Under the pieces are notes generated by a model. The model did not search any database and had not been told where the DNA came from. It saw only the letters and a list, made by a program, of their open reading frames with translations. From Isurus oxyrinchus (Eukaryota): a DNA stretch of 64,000 nt. Of this stretch, positions 1 through 12,284 are shown one piece after another. The DNA lies in NCBI GenBank assembly GCA_026770705.1, contig JANJGN010000031.1, positions 1,550,001 through 1,614,000 of the forward strand, given 5' to 3'. A program made the translations under genes and the position numbers. Within the stretch, counting starts at the first letter, position 1; the number at the start of each line of letters is the position of its first letter.

Positions 1-2
1 GG

Positions 3-41
3 GTGTTTTGTTGAGCTGCTCCATCTCTCTGAGTCACTGTG
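3..41 (-). other. 23-RSS of V type A copy 1
   Basis: CACAGTG + 23-nt spacer ACTCAGAGAGATGGAGCAGCTCA + variant nonamer ACAAAACAC. Confidence 0.92.
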
Positions 42-563
42 AAGACTCCGGGGGCAGTAATACACGGCCGAGTTATCCGCCCGCAGGCTGGGGGACTCCA
101 GCATGAACTCGGAGTCTCTTGGTCTCTGGGCGGTGAAACCGTCCACCGGCCCCTCTGGATTTACAATACTGGTGCCTCTGGAGTAAAATAGAAACTGCAG
201 CTCCTTCCCTGGGTCCTGTCTGTACCAGAACATGTCAGGGTTACTGCTCCCTTCCACAATGCACTCCAGTTCCATTTCATCCCCGGGAAATCCGGAGACA
301 GCAGCGGGAGTCTGGCGGATAGTCTGTGACTTCACACATGGGAAGGAAAGGAGAGCGGAAGCCGTCAGTAAAGAGGGTAAATTGGGTGTTGGGGAAACAA
401 AGGAAGGAAAGAGACAAACGTAGAGAAATAGAAAGAAAGACCAGAAGGAGAGAGAGCAAGGGAAGGTCAGAAAGTGGAGCGGAAAGCTGGATGCTGAATA
501 GGAATTGTTGTCTGGAAAGTTCCTTACAGTGAAACATGATTAACGGAGCCAGCAACAGTACAT
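42..563 (-). pseudogene. TRBV: TCR beta V segment, type A copy 1 (pseudogene); leader 528-563, V exon 42-337
   Basis: V domain QTIRQTP...LEC...WYRQ...YYCPRS. The leader is 36 nt instead of 37, giving ATG TAC TGT TGC TGG CTC CGT TAA (frameshift and stop). The splice acceptor reads CAT instead of CAG (339-338). CAWS is changed to CPRS. Confidence 0.9.
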
Positions 564-636
564 CTTCCACCTCAGGTTCCCTTTGAACCAATCTTTATTC
601 CTGGTAAGAAAACACTGCAAATACAATGCTCCTCCT

Positions 637-785
637 GGCTTGGCCTAAATAGCCAAGTGGTTATGATACTGGGCTTGTAACCCCAAGATCAAGCATTCAA
701 AATCTCACAATGGCAAAACTATGAAACAATGTAACTTCACCTGAATAGGAACAGATGGAAACGAGTTTGTACTCGAAAGAGTTAT
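637..785 (+). mobile_element. Short tRNA-derived SINE inserted in the type A V promoter
   Basis: A-box TAGCCAAGTGG, anticodon-like arm with TGT, and B-box-like TTCAAAATC (GTTCAAATC in copies 2 and 3). Flanked by a 12-bp TSD AATGCTCCTCCT (625-636 / 786-797, one mismatch here). Absent from the paralogous type C promoter. Confidence 0.75.
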
Positions 786-959
786 AATGTTCCTCCTCCT
801 CCTCGCTCTGATTGGTAGCCCAGCCCCTCCCATTCAGACTGACAGCCCCGCCTTTTCCAATTTCAGCCCCGCCCCTCACTCCCTGCTTGGATTATGTAGA
901 GCTGCGGGCAACAGGAAGTTGCACATAGGAGGTGCGGGGGGGGCGCTGTTAGTGGACAG

Positions 960-1545
960 GACAAAACTGGAGGGATCACAACTCAGATTCACCAGGACAA
1001 TGCTGGGGTTTAGAGGGGTAAATTAAGAAGACAGGCTGCAGAAACTTTGCTGCATTCTCCTGAATTTAGAATAGTGAGGGGCGCTTTAATTGAACAGCTC
1101 AAACTGGAAAAGCAAAATTGAGGGTGTTTGATAGAAACTTTTCTCTCTGCTGGGAGGACTGCCCAACAAAGTGGAATAACCTTAAAATTAGAGTTCGGAA
1201 TGAGAGGTGAGTTTATTGATGCGTAGAAGGGTCTGAGGTTGGCTTGACAGGGCAGATACTGTTCTTCATGGGGGAATCTAGAACTAGGAGCAGTTTCAAA
1301 AAAAAAGGGTTGCCCGTTTGAAGGAGATGAAGAGGAATCTCTTTGAAAACTGTGAATATTTGGAATTCTCTATACCAGAGAGCAGTGGAGGCTGGGTCAT
1401 TGAATATATTCAAGGCTGAGCTAGAGTTTTGAATTATTACGGAATCGGGGATAATGGATGGGGAAAGGCTGCAGACAAAGTGGATAAAGCTATAATGAGA
1501 TCAGCCATGATCTTATTGAAAGGTGGAGCAGGCTCGTGGATTAAC
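960..1545 (+). mobile_element. Degenerate CR1-type LINE 3' remnant upstream of V type A (boundaries approximate)
   Basis: Similar to the CR1 3' end seen at 59768-60739 (gcagtggaggctgggtcattgaatatattcaaggctgag; tcagccatgatcttattgaa..ggagcaggctcg). Confidence 0.6.
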
Positions 1546-3275
1546 ATAATGCATTAATTTTGGCACTAAATTTCTACTCAGTTAAAGGGCTTGTTAGTTC
1601 AGATAAGATTTTCCATTAGGATGAATGTTTTAATATTTTTGTAATTCCAAAACATAAATTCTTTACAAAGAAATGAAAGCAATGTTTTCCTCCTTTTACT
1701 GTCCTTTGGAAAAATTGTTGAGCCCACCACTTACTGAAAGGAAGCAGGGGATGTTTCTGTCTACCGACCAATCAGATGGTGTGATGAGAGTGATTTTCCC
1801 TTTGCCCTCTCACCCATTGCAATGTAGTTAAAATCAAGAACTTTGAAAGAATGAAGACAATCAAACTTTCAGTCCGGCTTTGCTTTTGAATTCAACTACA
1901 AGAAAAAAGCTTGTCTGTCGGGTTACCCCTTCCTACCTCTAGATTCTGATCATTCCCTTCTGTGGTTATTTTTGTTTCTCTGTTGTGCACATTCTGTGCC
2001 CCCTCACCCTCGCCGTACCAGCTTCTATTGTCAGCATTTTGAAAAATTTTCTCCTAAGCTGCTAATACACCATCTCACAAACTGTTCCCTCCCTGCTTCC
2101 TCTTTGCTTTGCAATCAGAACGTACAGTATTGTTTCTAACTCTTCAACTTCTAATTCCCCAGGCACATGAAGCTATGCAACTACTGTAATTTAACCAACT
2201 GTTGATGATCTTTGAAACCTATCATTTATTATTAACTGCAGTGTGCTCCACACTCTACAATCTTCAAACTAAACTGCGATTGGTGAAATATGGCTGTTTA
2301 TCACTGAGAAATACTGCTTGACAATTTCTGTAACCTGAAGGGGTACAGAACCAATCCCCCTCCAGTAGGTTGTGTGCAAGTTGGTCATCTTATATACTGA
2401 ATGGTGATGCACTAATCTATGAGTTCCTGCAACTGTAAATATCAGTTTTTCAAACCTTTTTTAAGCCAAAGCTTCAGCTATCCAACTTCCCCTCTCCATA
2501 TGAAATAAAACTGAAAATATTGGACCTGCAACAGTGAAAGCAAGGATCGTAAAAATCACAAGTAAAAAACCAGTGGGGAAAACGAAAGTATTACAGAGCC
2601 AAGAAAATTAAAGCATCGAAAATATATGAATAATCATACAGGGGATTGAAAAGACCCATTTAGAATAGGATAAAACAGAATAAAAGAGAAGCTGAGATTC
2701 AGCAGGTAAAGAGAGGTTACCTAACAGCTAAAGGATGGAACCACTTAAAGATATTTCAAAGGGAATAGTTCCTCACTGATACCTTTTGGGTCTCCCTTCC
2801 TTTTCCTTTTGATGCATTTTATAAGTGGGTTTTCCTACAGTACCAGCTCCAATCGAAACAGCAACCTCCTTGTTTTCTATTGAATTGTTGACTGACTCGT
2901 TTATAGATTTCCAGCATTTTCTGTTTTTATTTCTAATTTCCAGCGTTTCTGCATTTCCCTTTTGATTTATGACTAATCAATCTCTGATAGCATTGTACAC
3001 AGGGACAGAACTTTCCCAAATTTGCTCTAAATGCGGTAGCGGGTGGGTAAAACGTTGTTTTACCCACTGGCCACAATGGCAGCTTTACGCAGTATCGTCC
3101 CAAACCCGCCTCCTTATTTATGCACTCCTGGGAAACACGTTGTTTCCATGGCGAGCAGATTCTCATTCACCGCCCGCCATCACCCCGCTGCTGCATCACC
3201 CCGGGTGCCATATTTAAAGTCCAGCCACAAGCACACATCCCAGTGCTTCCAGCTCACCACTGCTGCTCCAAAGAC

Positions 3276-4900
3276 ATGGCCCTGAAAGTGAAAATGACTG
3301 CAGCCCCCAGGTTCAGCGACACGCCCCTTGATCACCTTTTGGATGCCATGGAGGCTCGTCGTGATGTCCTCTACACCCGCTGTGGCCGCAGGATGGGCAG
3401 CAACCGCACTAATCCAGCGAGGTGGCAGCGGTGGTCAGTGCCAACACCCTGCAAAACAGCACAGCCACCCACTGCCGCAAGAGGATGAATGATCTCCTCC
3501 ATCCCACCAGGGTAAGTCACCCTTCTCATCGCTCCCAACTCACACACTCACAAACCCATCACACACCCATAGGGCCCTCACTCACTGGCGATTGAAGGGA
3601 CATCACAATTCACTCTCTCACTCTCACCATCATTGTCCTCATCTCATCCATGGGACCACTCATCACCCACACATGCCAGGTACCTTTATCATCTGGCCCA
3701 GCAGGCATCCTGCTTACACTCTCTCCATCTCAATGCATGCAGGACAAGCTGGCACACAACGAAAAGGAGAGGTCACAGACTGGTGGAGGAATGTCTGAAA
3801 TCAAGGTCCTCACAGACTTTGAAAACAGCCATCCAGCTGGTCGGTGAGGATCTGGACTGTTCCTGTGCTGATGGTGAGGTCGGCGCGGCTCTACCAAGTG
3901 AGGATCCAGCAGTGCAACATCCATCAGACAACCATGCTCTGAGTGATGTGTCCTGCTTCACAGGCCCCTGCCATGCACTAATTATCACCCCTTGCTTCCA
4001 CAGGCACATCTGCCAAATGACTGACAGAGTCCATGACCCAGGGCCTCCAATCAAACCCCAAAAAAACCTCTGAAGAGGAATCTGAAGGCACCCTCCCTAA
4101 AGCCCTGTCACAGCGCTCACCTACACACTCCACCAGTGCAGAGACACACACCTCAGTGGGACCTAGCTGTAGAGTAGCCTTGGGACCACAATCTGGTGAG
4201 CACGTTGCACTGTCTAATCCACAGCAGGCAGAGGCAGGGACTCGGAGGACTGCTGGAGGCCAGAACCTTGCTGAGCCCGAGTCAGATGATGAGTCTCTGG
4301 ACTTAGTCATGTCACAGTTGCTGGAGCTGCAAAGGCAAGCTCGAAAACATCAGGAAGGGATGTCCACTGCACTCCTCAGATTGCAAGGCACGATGGAGGA
4401 GTCTGTCCGCCTTCACTCTGGACCAAGGTCAACACTGGCAGGATGGCAGCTGCCATGGAGACCTTGGTCCAGATGTCACTCCTGCACTGCTGCACTGATG
4501 TCATAGTTGGCCTCCTAAAGTGTGTACATGAGCGGGGTGCTGTGCAACATGATCTCACTCCAGCTGCCCTTTCTCCTCAAGGAGTCAGCCAGGGACCCTC
4601 TGGCACCCATAGGGAGGAGGCCTATCCACCAGCTGACTCTGGGAGTGACTGATCCATCCAACTCCCCTCTTACTGTGACCTCAGCAGCTTCAGCTCCACA
4701 GGCCGAGGAGGGAGCCATTGCCACACAGCAGGACCCCAAAAGCAGGCCGGGGCCCTCCAAGTCTCAGCCCTCCAGAGCACGCCCACCAAAAGTCACCACA
4801 GACAGGGCACAGCAGTCAGCAGTCTGCCACCACCTCCACTGTGGATGTCCAGGGAGCATCAAGATGTAGTGGCAGGGTTAAGACAGTTAAGGAGAACTAG
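3276..4900 (+). pseudogene. Harbinger Myb/SANT-like DNA-binding protein gene, spliced and degenerate (exons ~3276-3511, 3743-3897, 4004-4900)
   Basis: APRFSDTPLDHLLDAMEARRDVLY...CRKRMNDL, then GT..AG introns, then DKLAHNEKERSQTGGG. TATTTAAA at 3211 and AATAAA at 4955. Several frameshifts. Confidence 0.72.
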
Positions 4901-5639
4901 TTGCACAGCCTGGGCACAAGTGTTAATCACTCATATATAATGTTCACTTTTGTCAATAAACTCCCAAGAATGTCTCCCAGCCTATGGCTCCTTGCTCTGA
5001 TGAGCAGGGTTCATGTCACTCAGATGTGAAATCTTTCTGCACAAGGTAAAGGCAGGTGTCTCAGTCCAGGGCCTCTTCCCTGTGTCTGTGCAGCCTTCAG
5101 ACCAAAGTGATTGTCTAGCCTCACACTCCCTGGAAACATTACTGATGCCTGCACCTCAGTGGTACTGGTCATTGCTGCCAGAATGTAGTAAGCAGGCACC
5201 ACAGAGTTCTTTCATTCTCTCTGTGTGCTCTCAGCACCTTTAAGGTGCGGCTGGCCCCCATCTCTTCAATACTTGTGACCACTGATGCTGTGCTCCAGCT
5301 CCTGAAGGCCTCAGGTGCTGAGGGTGGACAAAGGATCATATGTTTCTAAAGTTTCATTGCTGCACCTCTATGATATGATCCTGATAACATAACGTAAGCG
5401 AGCTGCCCTCAGCCAGACAGGAGTCAGACATTCTCAGAGGCTATGTGATGATTTATGGAGTGTCTTCACTGTGTGCTGTAATCATCGTCCTGCAACTGAG
5501 TGACTATTAGGGCCTCCACTGCATCTCCATGACAGGAGCATTATCACAGAGGGTATTGGCATTGCCAATACATTACATAATGTCGTCAAACATTCACAAA
5601 TGCGATGTGAGGAACTATGGGGTCTCTCCAATGCATATC

Positions 5640-6361
5640 ATCATCATCCTCCACAAATCTATCAGCTATGAGAGCCTCATCCCCGTTGTTATTTGTCTCT
5701 GAGGACCCCCTCACCCTCATCCCTGTCGGTGTCCTCCTCATCCAAGGAGACCTCCAGCTCCTCCATCTCCTCCTCTCAATCTCGTATCACCTTTGAAGCA
5801 CCAGGTTATAAAGGACGCAGCAGACGATGATGATGCATGACACCCTCTGTGGACTGTATTGCAGGGCTCCACCAGCACTGGAACCTCACTTTCAGCATCC
5901 CAATGGTCTGCTCCACCAAGTTGCGAGCAGCTACATGAGCCTCATTACAGTGTCGCTCTGCTGCAGTCTGAGGCCGCCACACGGGTGTCATCAGCCACGG
6001 CCTCTGTGAGCAGCCCTTGTCCCCGAGCAGCCATCCCTGCAGCCTCTGTGGACCCTGGAAGACTCCAGGGATCTGTGACCGACTGAGGGTGTAGGAAACT
6101 GTGCGCACACCTGCAGGATGCATTTCTGGTCGTCGCACACTAGCTGCACATTCAGCCAATGGAACCCCCTGCAGTTGATGTAGTTCACCTTGTGTTGTGA
6201 TGGAGACCTGAGCACCACATGAGTGCAGTCGATCGCACCCTACACCCGTGGGAAACCTGAGATCTGGGTGAATCCAATTGTTCATGCATCCTGGCTGTCT
6301 TAGTCCTGGGAAAAATGCACAAAGTTGTGTTGCCCTTGCAAAGCTGGCATCCATGACCTCA
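5640..6361 (-). pseudogene. Harbinger (HARBI1-family) DDE transposase, C-terminal part, degenerate
   Basis: GAIDCTHV, GFHWLNVQLVCD, GWLLGDKG..PWLMTP and NEAH..ARNLVEQTIGMLKVRF motifs spread over shifted frames. Confidence 0.85.
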
Positions 6362-7404
6362 ATGCATGAACCAAAGTGCTAAATTCTTTGCCGGCAATAA
6401 TTCACAGATTATTTCATAAACACCCGAAAAGCGACCTTGAGTCTGAGAGAAGTGAGTTAACGGTTTTCAGCAGATTCTGAAACCACTGTCAGGGGGCAGG
6501 TGTCCTGCTGCTGAATACACCTTGTACAGTGTGAACCATCAGAGGCGTTTAAAGGTTCCGAAATGAATTATTTCCTAGTTGTGTGGGATATTCTCTTTAG
6601 AGATGAGATGGCTGAGCTAAAGTTTGCCGAAATGGGGAAAGGGTGAGGGTTTCCTATGGATTCTGTTTGTGCGGAGAGATTGGAGTAGCCGGGATTCTCC
6701 TCCACAGTGGAGATTAGATAACAGCATTCAGATCCATGAAGGTTTTTCTTAGAGTGAATAGGGAGAAGCTGTATCCAGTGATTCGGAACCGATGAACGAT
6801 GTTTTAAGATGACTAGGGGCGGTAATTAGAATTGTTTCCTTCAGTCAGTGATATCATTGACCCTGTCTCACTTGCTCAGTTTGAACATACATGACAATCA
6901 GGAAGCGGAAGGGGCTCAGTGTCAACCCTTGGTGCTATCCAGCTTTGACTTTGAAACTTTCATTCTTCCCAAACCTGCTTCTTATTCTTGTCTGGCACTA
7001 TTTGAACACGTCCTGTAATAATCGTAAGCACTTGACAGAGTCTCCGCAAATTCTAATCACCAGGTCTTCCTCCTAGATACCCAGTCATAAGGCATCTTTA
7101 GATCAGTGACTACATGAGGACTCGAAACGTCAACTCTTTTCTTCTCCGCCGATGCTGCCAGACCTGTTGAGTTTTATCAGCCTAGTGAACCGTCTCTCAA
7201 CTCTTTCCAATGCAAGTATATCCCTGCTTAATTAAAGTGACCAAAATGGAACCCATTGCCGTATGTGTGGCCTCACCAATTCCCTGTGCAGTTGTATCAA
7301 GACTTCTCTACTTTCATACTTAAACATTAGAACTCTACTTTATAAGCACAAACTTGTTTCCAAATTGCATCATGGTCACACATATTCCCTATCCCTGGGC
7401 CTTC

Positions 7405-7760
7405 CCTCAGCATCTACAACCCTCCCTATCTATGTAACCACCTCCAGCCTCTACAATCCTCCATATCTCTGTAATCTCTACCAGCCCCTAAAACCCTTCC
7501 TATCTATGTAATCACCTCCAGCCCCGACAACTCTCCTCATCACTGTAATCTCCTCCAGACTCTAAACCCTCCCTATCTCTTTAATCTCCTCCTGCCCCCA
7601 CAACACTCCCTGTCTCTGTAACCTCGTCCAGCACCTACAACCGCCTATCTGTGTAACCTGCTTTTACAACCACCCCACCACCCTCCCCACCAACTCTGTA
7701 CCCTCCACCAGCCCCTTCAACCCTCCGTATCTATGTAACCAGCTCCCATCTCAAAACCTT
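7405..7760 (+). repeat. ~35-bp degenerate minisatellite (ctatctctgtaacctcctccagcccctacaaccctcc)n
   Basis: About 10 imperfect tandem units; probably part of a LINE-derived sequence. Confidence 0.7.
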
Positions 7761-8139
7761 CCGGGATCTGCAACTGTCCTAATTCTGGTCTCTGGAATAT
7801 TCTCAATTTGAATTTCACTCTTATTGGCAGCTATCAACCACCAAGTAATGGGTTTCCTTCACTACATCTCTTCGCCTCTCTATCTCTCTCCTACTTTAAG
7901 GTACTCCTGAAAACCTACCTCTTAGATCAACTTTTTGGCCATCTACTCTAATATATTCTTACCCCGCTCGGTGTCAAAGCAGGTTTTATAATACCCAGGA
8001 GAAGTGTCTTGGGCTAGTTCACTACATTAAGGATGCCATCTAAATATAACTTTTTCTCCTTGTTGGCATTAAGGTTATAACAGCGTGAATTCACTAAACT
8101 GAAACCGGCGGTTAGAGGCTAAATTATGGGGATGGATTC

Positions 8140-8795
8140 TTTTTAATTTGTTCTCGTGATGTGAACGTGGCAAGACCAAAATTAATTCCGGAGCCTTGAA
8201 AAATCATGGTGAGCCACCTCGTTCAATGGCTGCAGCGAATGATGTGTGGGTACATCCCCGGTTAGGGAGGGTGTCCTAATGTTTACACCCAGCAACAGCA
8301 AAAGAAGACTTAAGTATTTCCCATTCCGAATAGTGTGTGATTTGGAGGGGTATTTGCAGGTGGTGGTGTTCCCATGTCTCTGCTGACCCTCTCTCAGGTA
8401 TAAATGTTGCAGTTTTGGATCACATTGCAAAAGAAACCTTGGCGAATTCTTGCAGTGCATCTTGTAGATGGTACACACTGTGCTACTCAGCATCGGTAGT
8501 GCATGGAGTGAATGTTTCTGGATGTGGTGCCATCAAGCGGACTGCTTTGTCCTGGATAGTGTTTATCTTCGAGTGTTGTGGGAGCTGCACTCATCCAGGC
8601 AAGTGGAGAGTCTTCCATCACACTCCTGACTTGTGCCATGTAGACAGTGAACAAGTCTTGGGGAGTCACGAAGTGAGTTACTTTCCACAGAAAACCCAGC
8701 CTCTGACTTGCCCTTTCAGCCCATTAGTTACGTTTCTGGTCAATGATAATCCCTAGGATGTCGAGGATGGTGCATTCAGCGAAGGCAATGCCATT
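8140..8795 (-). mobile_element. Non-LTR retrotransposon (CR1/L2 group) 3' fragment
   Basis: Degenerate RT C-terminus VYMAQVRSVMEDSPLAWMSAAPTTL; the 3' tail resembles that of the SINE at 16200-16540. Confidence 0.65.
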
Positions 8796-9544
8796 GGGAG
8801 TTGTTGGAGTTACATAGACTTGGTCTCTATTCCCTTGAGTATAATACATTTAGTGGTTACTTAATTGAGCATTAGAAAAATGTTAAAATGGGTTTATATA
8901 TTTGAGAAAGGGAAACAGTTCCCTGTGGTAGCTGAATCCAGACAAGATGGCAAAGTATTGAAATTCAGGCTAGGTATATTCAGATGTCCTGTTCTATTCC
9001 TTCGCATGACCAATGTGCTTATTGGAGTTAAGGGTGAAATTGAGCTTTCAAGAGAAACATATGGAACAAAGACAGTTAGATACAGTTAAGACATATTTGA
9101 ACCATGGTCTAATTGAATGGCTCTACTGTTTCTGTGTAAAAGGCTCGAGAGACGTTTGAACGGCCTCTTCCTGCAGCTATATAACCGGTCTGTTTAGGGG
9201 CAATTGACCTCCTCCTGCTGAAAAGTCGAATGAGCTAAATGGGATTCCGTTGTGCCACTTCAAACAATTTCAGTCGTCTGTTTCGTGGCCCTAGAGAGTC
9301 CTCTACTGTATTTGTGGAGAAATGCAACACAGCTTCAGTATATCGATTGAGAACAAATTCACTCCTCTCTATCGTTCTTCCTTTGTTTATTACATTCTCT
9401 CTTTCCTTCTTTTCTTTCGATATTCCCGATGTACCTTTTGTCTCTTCTTCTTGTCAAAAACACATTCATTCTGCAAAATGAAATCAAGTTTTTTTGGGGA
9501 CAGCGCATGATTTCCTCATTCACAGTTGTTTCCTGCCGCCTTTG

Positions 9545-9583
9545 GGCTTTTGTTGAGCTGCTCCATTTCTGTGAGTCACTGTG
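9545..9583 (-). other. 23-RSS of V type B copy 1
   Basis: CACAGTG-23 nt-ACAAAAGCC. Confidence 0.92.
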
Positions 9584-10087
9584 AAGACTCCAGGCGCAGT
9601 AATACACGGCCGAGTGATCCGCCTGCAGGTTGGGGGTCTCCAGTTTGAATTCAGGGTCACTCGGTCTCCGGGCAGTGAAACCGTCCACCGGGTCCCTCGG
9701 AACTAACTTGGTTGATAGCAGCTGAGTAAAACATTATTTGGGGCTCTCTCCCCGGGTATTGTCTGTACCAGTTAATAGCAGGGTTAGTGCTGCCCTCCAC
9801 ATCGCAATTCAGTTCCACTGCCTGCCCGGGAAATTTGGAGACAGCGGCGGGAGTCTGGCGGATCGTCTGCGAGTTCACGTCTGGAGAAGAGGCAGGAAGA
9901 GGAGGAGGTCAGAACCCGAGAAATTCTGGAGATGGAGAAGGAAAGTGGGAAAGAAAGAAAGGAAGGAAGGGGGGAGGAGAGGAATAATGAAGGAAAGGAA
10001 ATATAAAGGATTGTTGTTTAAACGGTTATTGCATAAAAAACATCACTTACATTGAAATAAGATCAGCAATCTCAAAACCACGTACAT
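9584..10087 (-). pseudogene. TRBV: TCR beta V segment, type B copy 1 (pseudogene); leader 10051-10087, V exon 9584-9880
   Basis: Intact leader MYVVLRLLILFQ with GT/AG sites. The V exon is 297 nt instead of 296: a +1 frameshift at ~9690-9692 (GGA CCC GGT vs GGG CCG GTG) puts YYCAWS out of frame. Confidence 0.9.
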
Positions 10088-11039
10088 GTTGACCGGTAAA
10101 ATTTTCCTATAATAGGGAAATGAGCTGAACCAAGGGCGTTGGGCATTGTTGGGAACCGACCTGCTTGTTTAAAATCATTGATGAAAACATGAAGAGCTTA
10201 AGGAAGTGAGTTAGGTGTAAAAAGCCAAGCCCCGCCCCCTCTGATTGAAAGCCCCGCCCTCATTATTGGGTGGAACAGGACGTTTCAAAGCGGACAGAGT
10301 GGGAAAAGAAGCGGCAGATGCATTTTGATGTGACCCATTCTCAGGACATCCAGGGTCGACCTAAGAAAGAGGGAGCAGGATACTTTCTAACTGGCGGAAG
10401 CGAAGGACTCTGGAGCTGCAAAGGAATTTAGTTGTCTCGCTGAACAAGGAAGAATCATACAGTCCAATCGAATTTTTACTTGAAGGGAACTAGAAGGCGA
10501 AACGGAGGAAGTTCTGGCTCATTGTAAGGAACTCAGAACAAACCCCTCCGACAATCCTTCTTTCCATTCGGGGCAGTCACATCAGGAAGGATGAATTGGA
10601 CCTGGAGGGTGTTCAACGCTGATGCAACAGAATTATACCTTGGTTTAAGGGGTTAAATCATGAGGACAGGTTGCATAATCTTGTCTGCCTGACCTTCAGC
10701 ATGAAAGACCCACGGGAACATTTGAGGTTCTTTCATGAGTTTCAGAAGCAGTTATCACAGGCTATAGGTACCTTGTTTTCTAGATTCCCACACCAGGAAA
10801 AATAGTATAACTTCACAGTTAGAGACATGTCTTTCAGGGTGATGTGAGGAAATATTTCCTCTGACAAATGGTTGTAGAAATCTGGAACTGTCTCCCAGCA
10901 AAAGATTAATGGGGGGGGGGGGGGGGGAGGGGGGGGTGCGTTAACCTTACATTTCAAAACTGAGATTGATGGACTTTTTGGGGGACAGTGTGCTGAGAAA
11001 TATGGACTGGAGGTGGACAGTTGGAGGTAAAATGTAGTC

Positions 11040-11345
11040 CTGACGCGGTCATGGTAACCATTAACATTAACACTCCCTTTTTCCTTTAGCTCATCTTTGT
11101 CAATCTCTCATTTGCCTCCACCTATCCCTGGCTTTGTATCCAGATCGACCTGCCCACCCCCCTTAAACAGTATAAATTTCAACATATTTCTACTTCTCTT
11201 CAACTCTGAATAAGGGTCATACGGACTCAAAGCGTTAACACCTTCTCTCTCCACAGATGCTGCTAGGCCTGCTGTGTTCTTTCAACATTTTCTGGGTTTT
11301 TGTTTTCAGATTTCTGGCATCTGCACTATTTTGCTTTTATTTCAG
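11040..11345 (+). mobile_element. Older Penelope-like pLTR / 3' fragment with a decayed hammerhead motif
   Basis: ctctgaataagggtcatacggactcaaagcgttaac...cagatgctgctaggcctgctg...tttctggcatctgca, homologous to the PLE terminus. Confidence 0.6.
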
Positions 11346-12284
11346 TCATTTCCCTCGCCCTTTCTCTCTCTCTCTTTTTTCTGTTGTTCTTCCTTCTCTA
11401 ACCTTCCCTCTCCCTTTCTATCCTTATTTCCCTCTTTCCTTTCTTTTTTTCACATTACTTAGTTGAATCTATTTATTTCTCCCTCATGTATTTGTTTAGT
11501 TTCTCCTCAAGCACATCCCTGCTGCAACCACATTCTCACCACCCACTGGATTTATTTCTCCTGGATTCCCAGTTAATTGTATTATTGATGACGTCTTCTA
11601 ATCGTTTTGATCTTCCTAGAAAGTGGAAACATGTTTGCGTTATCTTTCCTATCAAACAACTTTCACAATTTCAAATACCTCTATCATGAAAATATCTCAA
11701 TCTTCTTGCTCGAATAGAAATGCATATTCCAATTCTTTGCTTTTAACTATAGTCTCTCAGTTCTGGTAACCTCCTCCTTAATTTTCCTTTTCACTTTCTA
11801 CAGTCCTTCACAATATAATCAGTCACTTTCATTGTAGTCTTTTCTCTTATTGTCAAAAACCATATTAGCTCTGCAAGAAGAACAAAACACAACAGGTCCA
11901 GCCACCGCGCAGTGTTACCATTCGCAGCTGTTTCCTGCCGCCTTTGCATGAATTAGTTTGTTCCAAACTCCTGATTCGTTTTTGTAACTTATTCTCATCT
12001 TCCCCACCTCAATTCTAATAAATCCCTTCATCATTTCAATAAAACTTCTTGACAACTGCTCTCAACATCTATTTTCCAACAAAAACGAACAAATTCAGAA
12101 TATGCTGATGCTTGACCCACTCATATCTGGGAACTCTCTTCTCCAGTGCTTCCCAAACTAATCACTCACTTTTATTCTCGCTGTTCTCTTATTGTCAAAA
12201 GGTCTTTGCCCCGAGAGAAAAAGAAACAGCGAGTCGAAGCGCCCGGTAATGTTGTTTCGGGCAGCTGTTTCCTGCCGCCTTTGG

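Larger units (their letters stand above)
3002..6361. mobile_element. PIF/Harbinger DNA transposon copy 1, truncated at the duplication junction
   Basis: Convergent Myb/SANT-like gene (+) and DDE transposase (-). Probable left end at GGGACAGAACTTTCC (tentative). The sequence continues only in copy 3. Confidence 0.8.

Noticed and set aside
277-591. Hydrophobic ORFs over V introns (277-591, 12614-12847 and copies) as membrane proteins
   Set aside because: They are read-through of the leader into a pyrimidine-rich intron; GT donor sites and the paralogous exon structure explain them.
643-715. Functional tRNA-Thr(TGT) gene
   Set aside because: The acceptor stem does not pair well, and the sequence has an unrelated tail and TSDs, so it is a SINE head.
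3002-6361. RAG/Transib-like transposon next to RSS-bearing genes
   Set aside because: The motifs are those of a PIF/Harbinger transposase plus Myb-like partner; no RAG1 core motifs or RSS-like TIRs.
7405-7760. CRISPR-like array or Ig switch region
   Set aside because: Degenerate head-to-tail minisatellite without unique spacers or AGCT-rich switch motifs; eukaryotic context.
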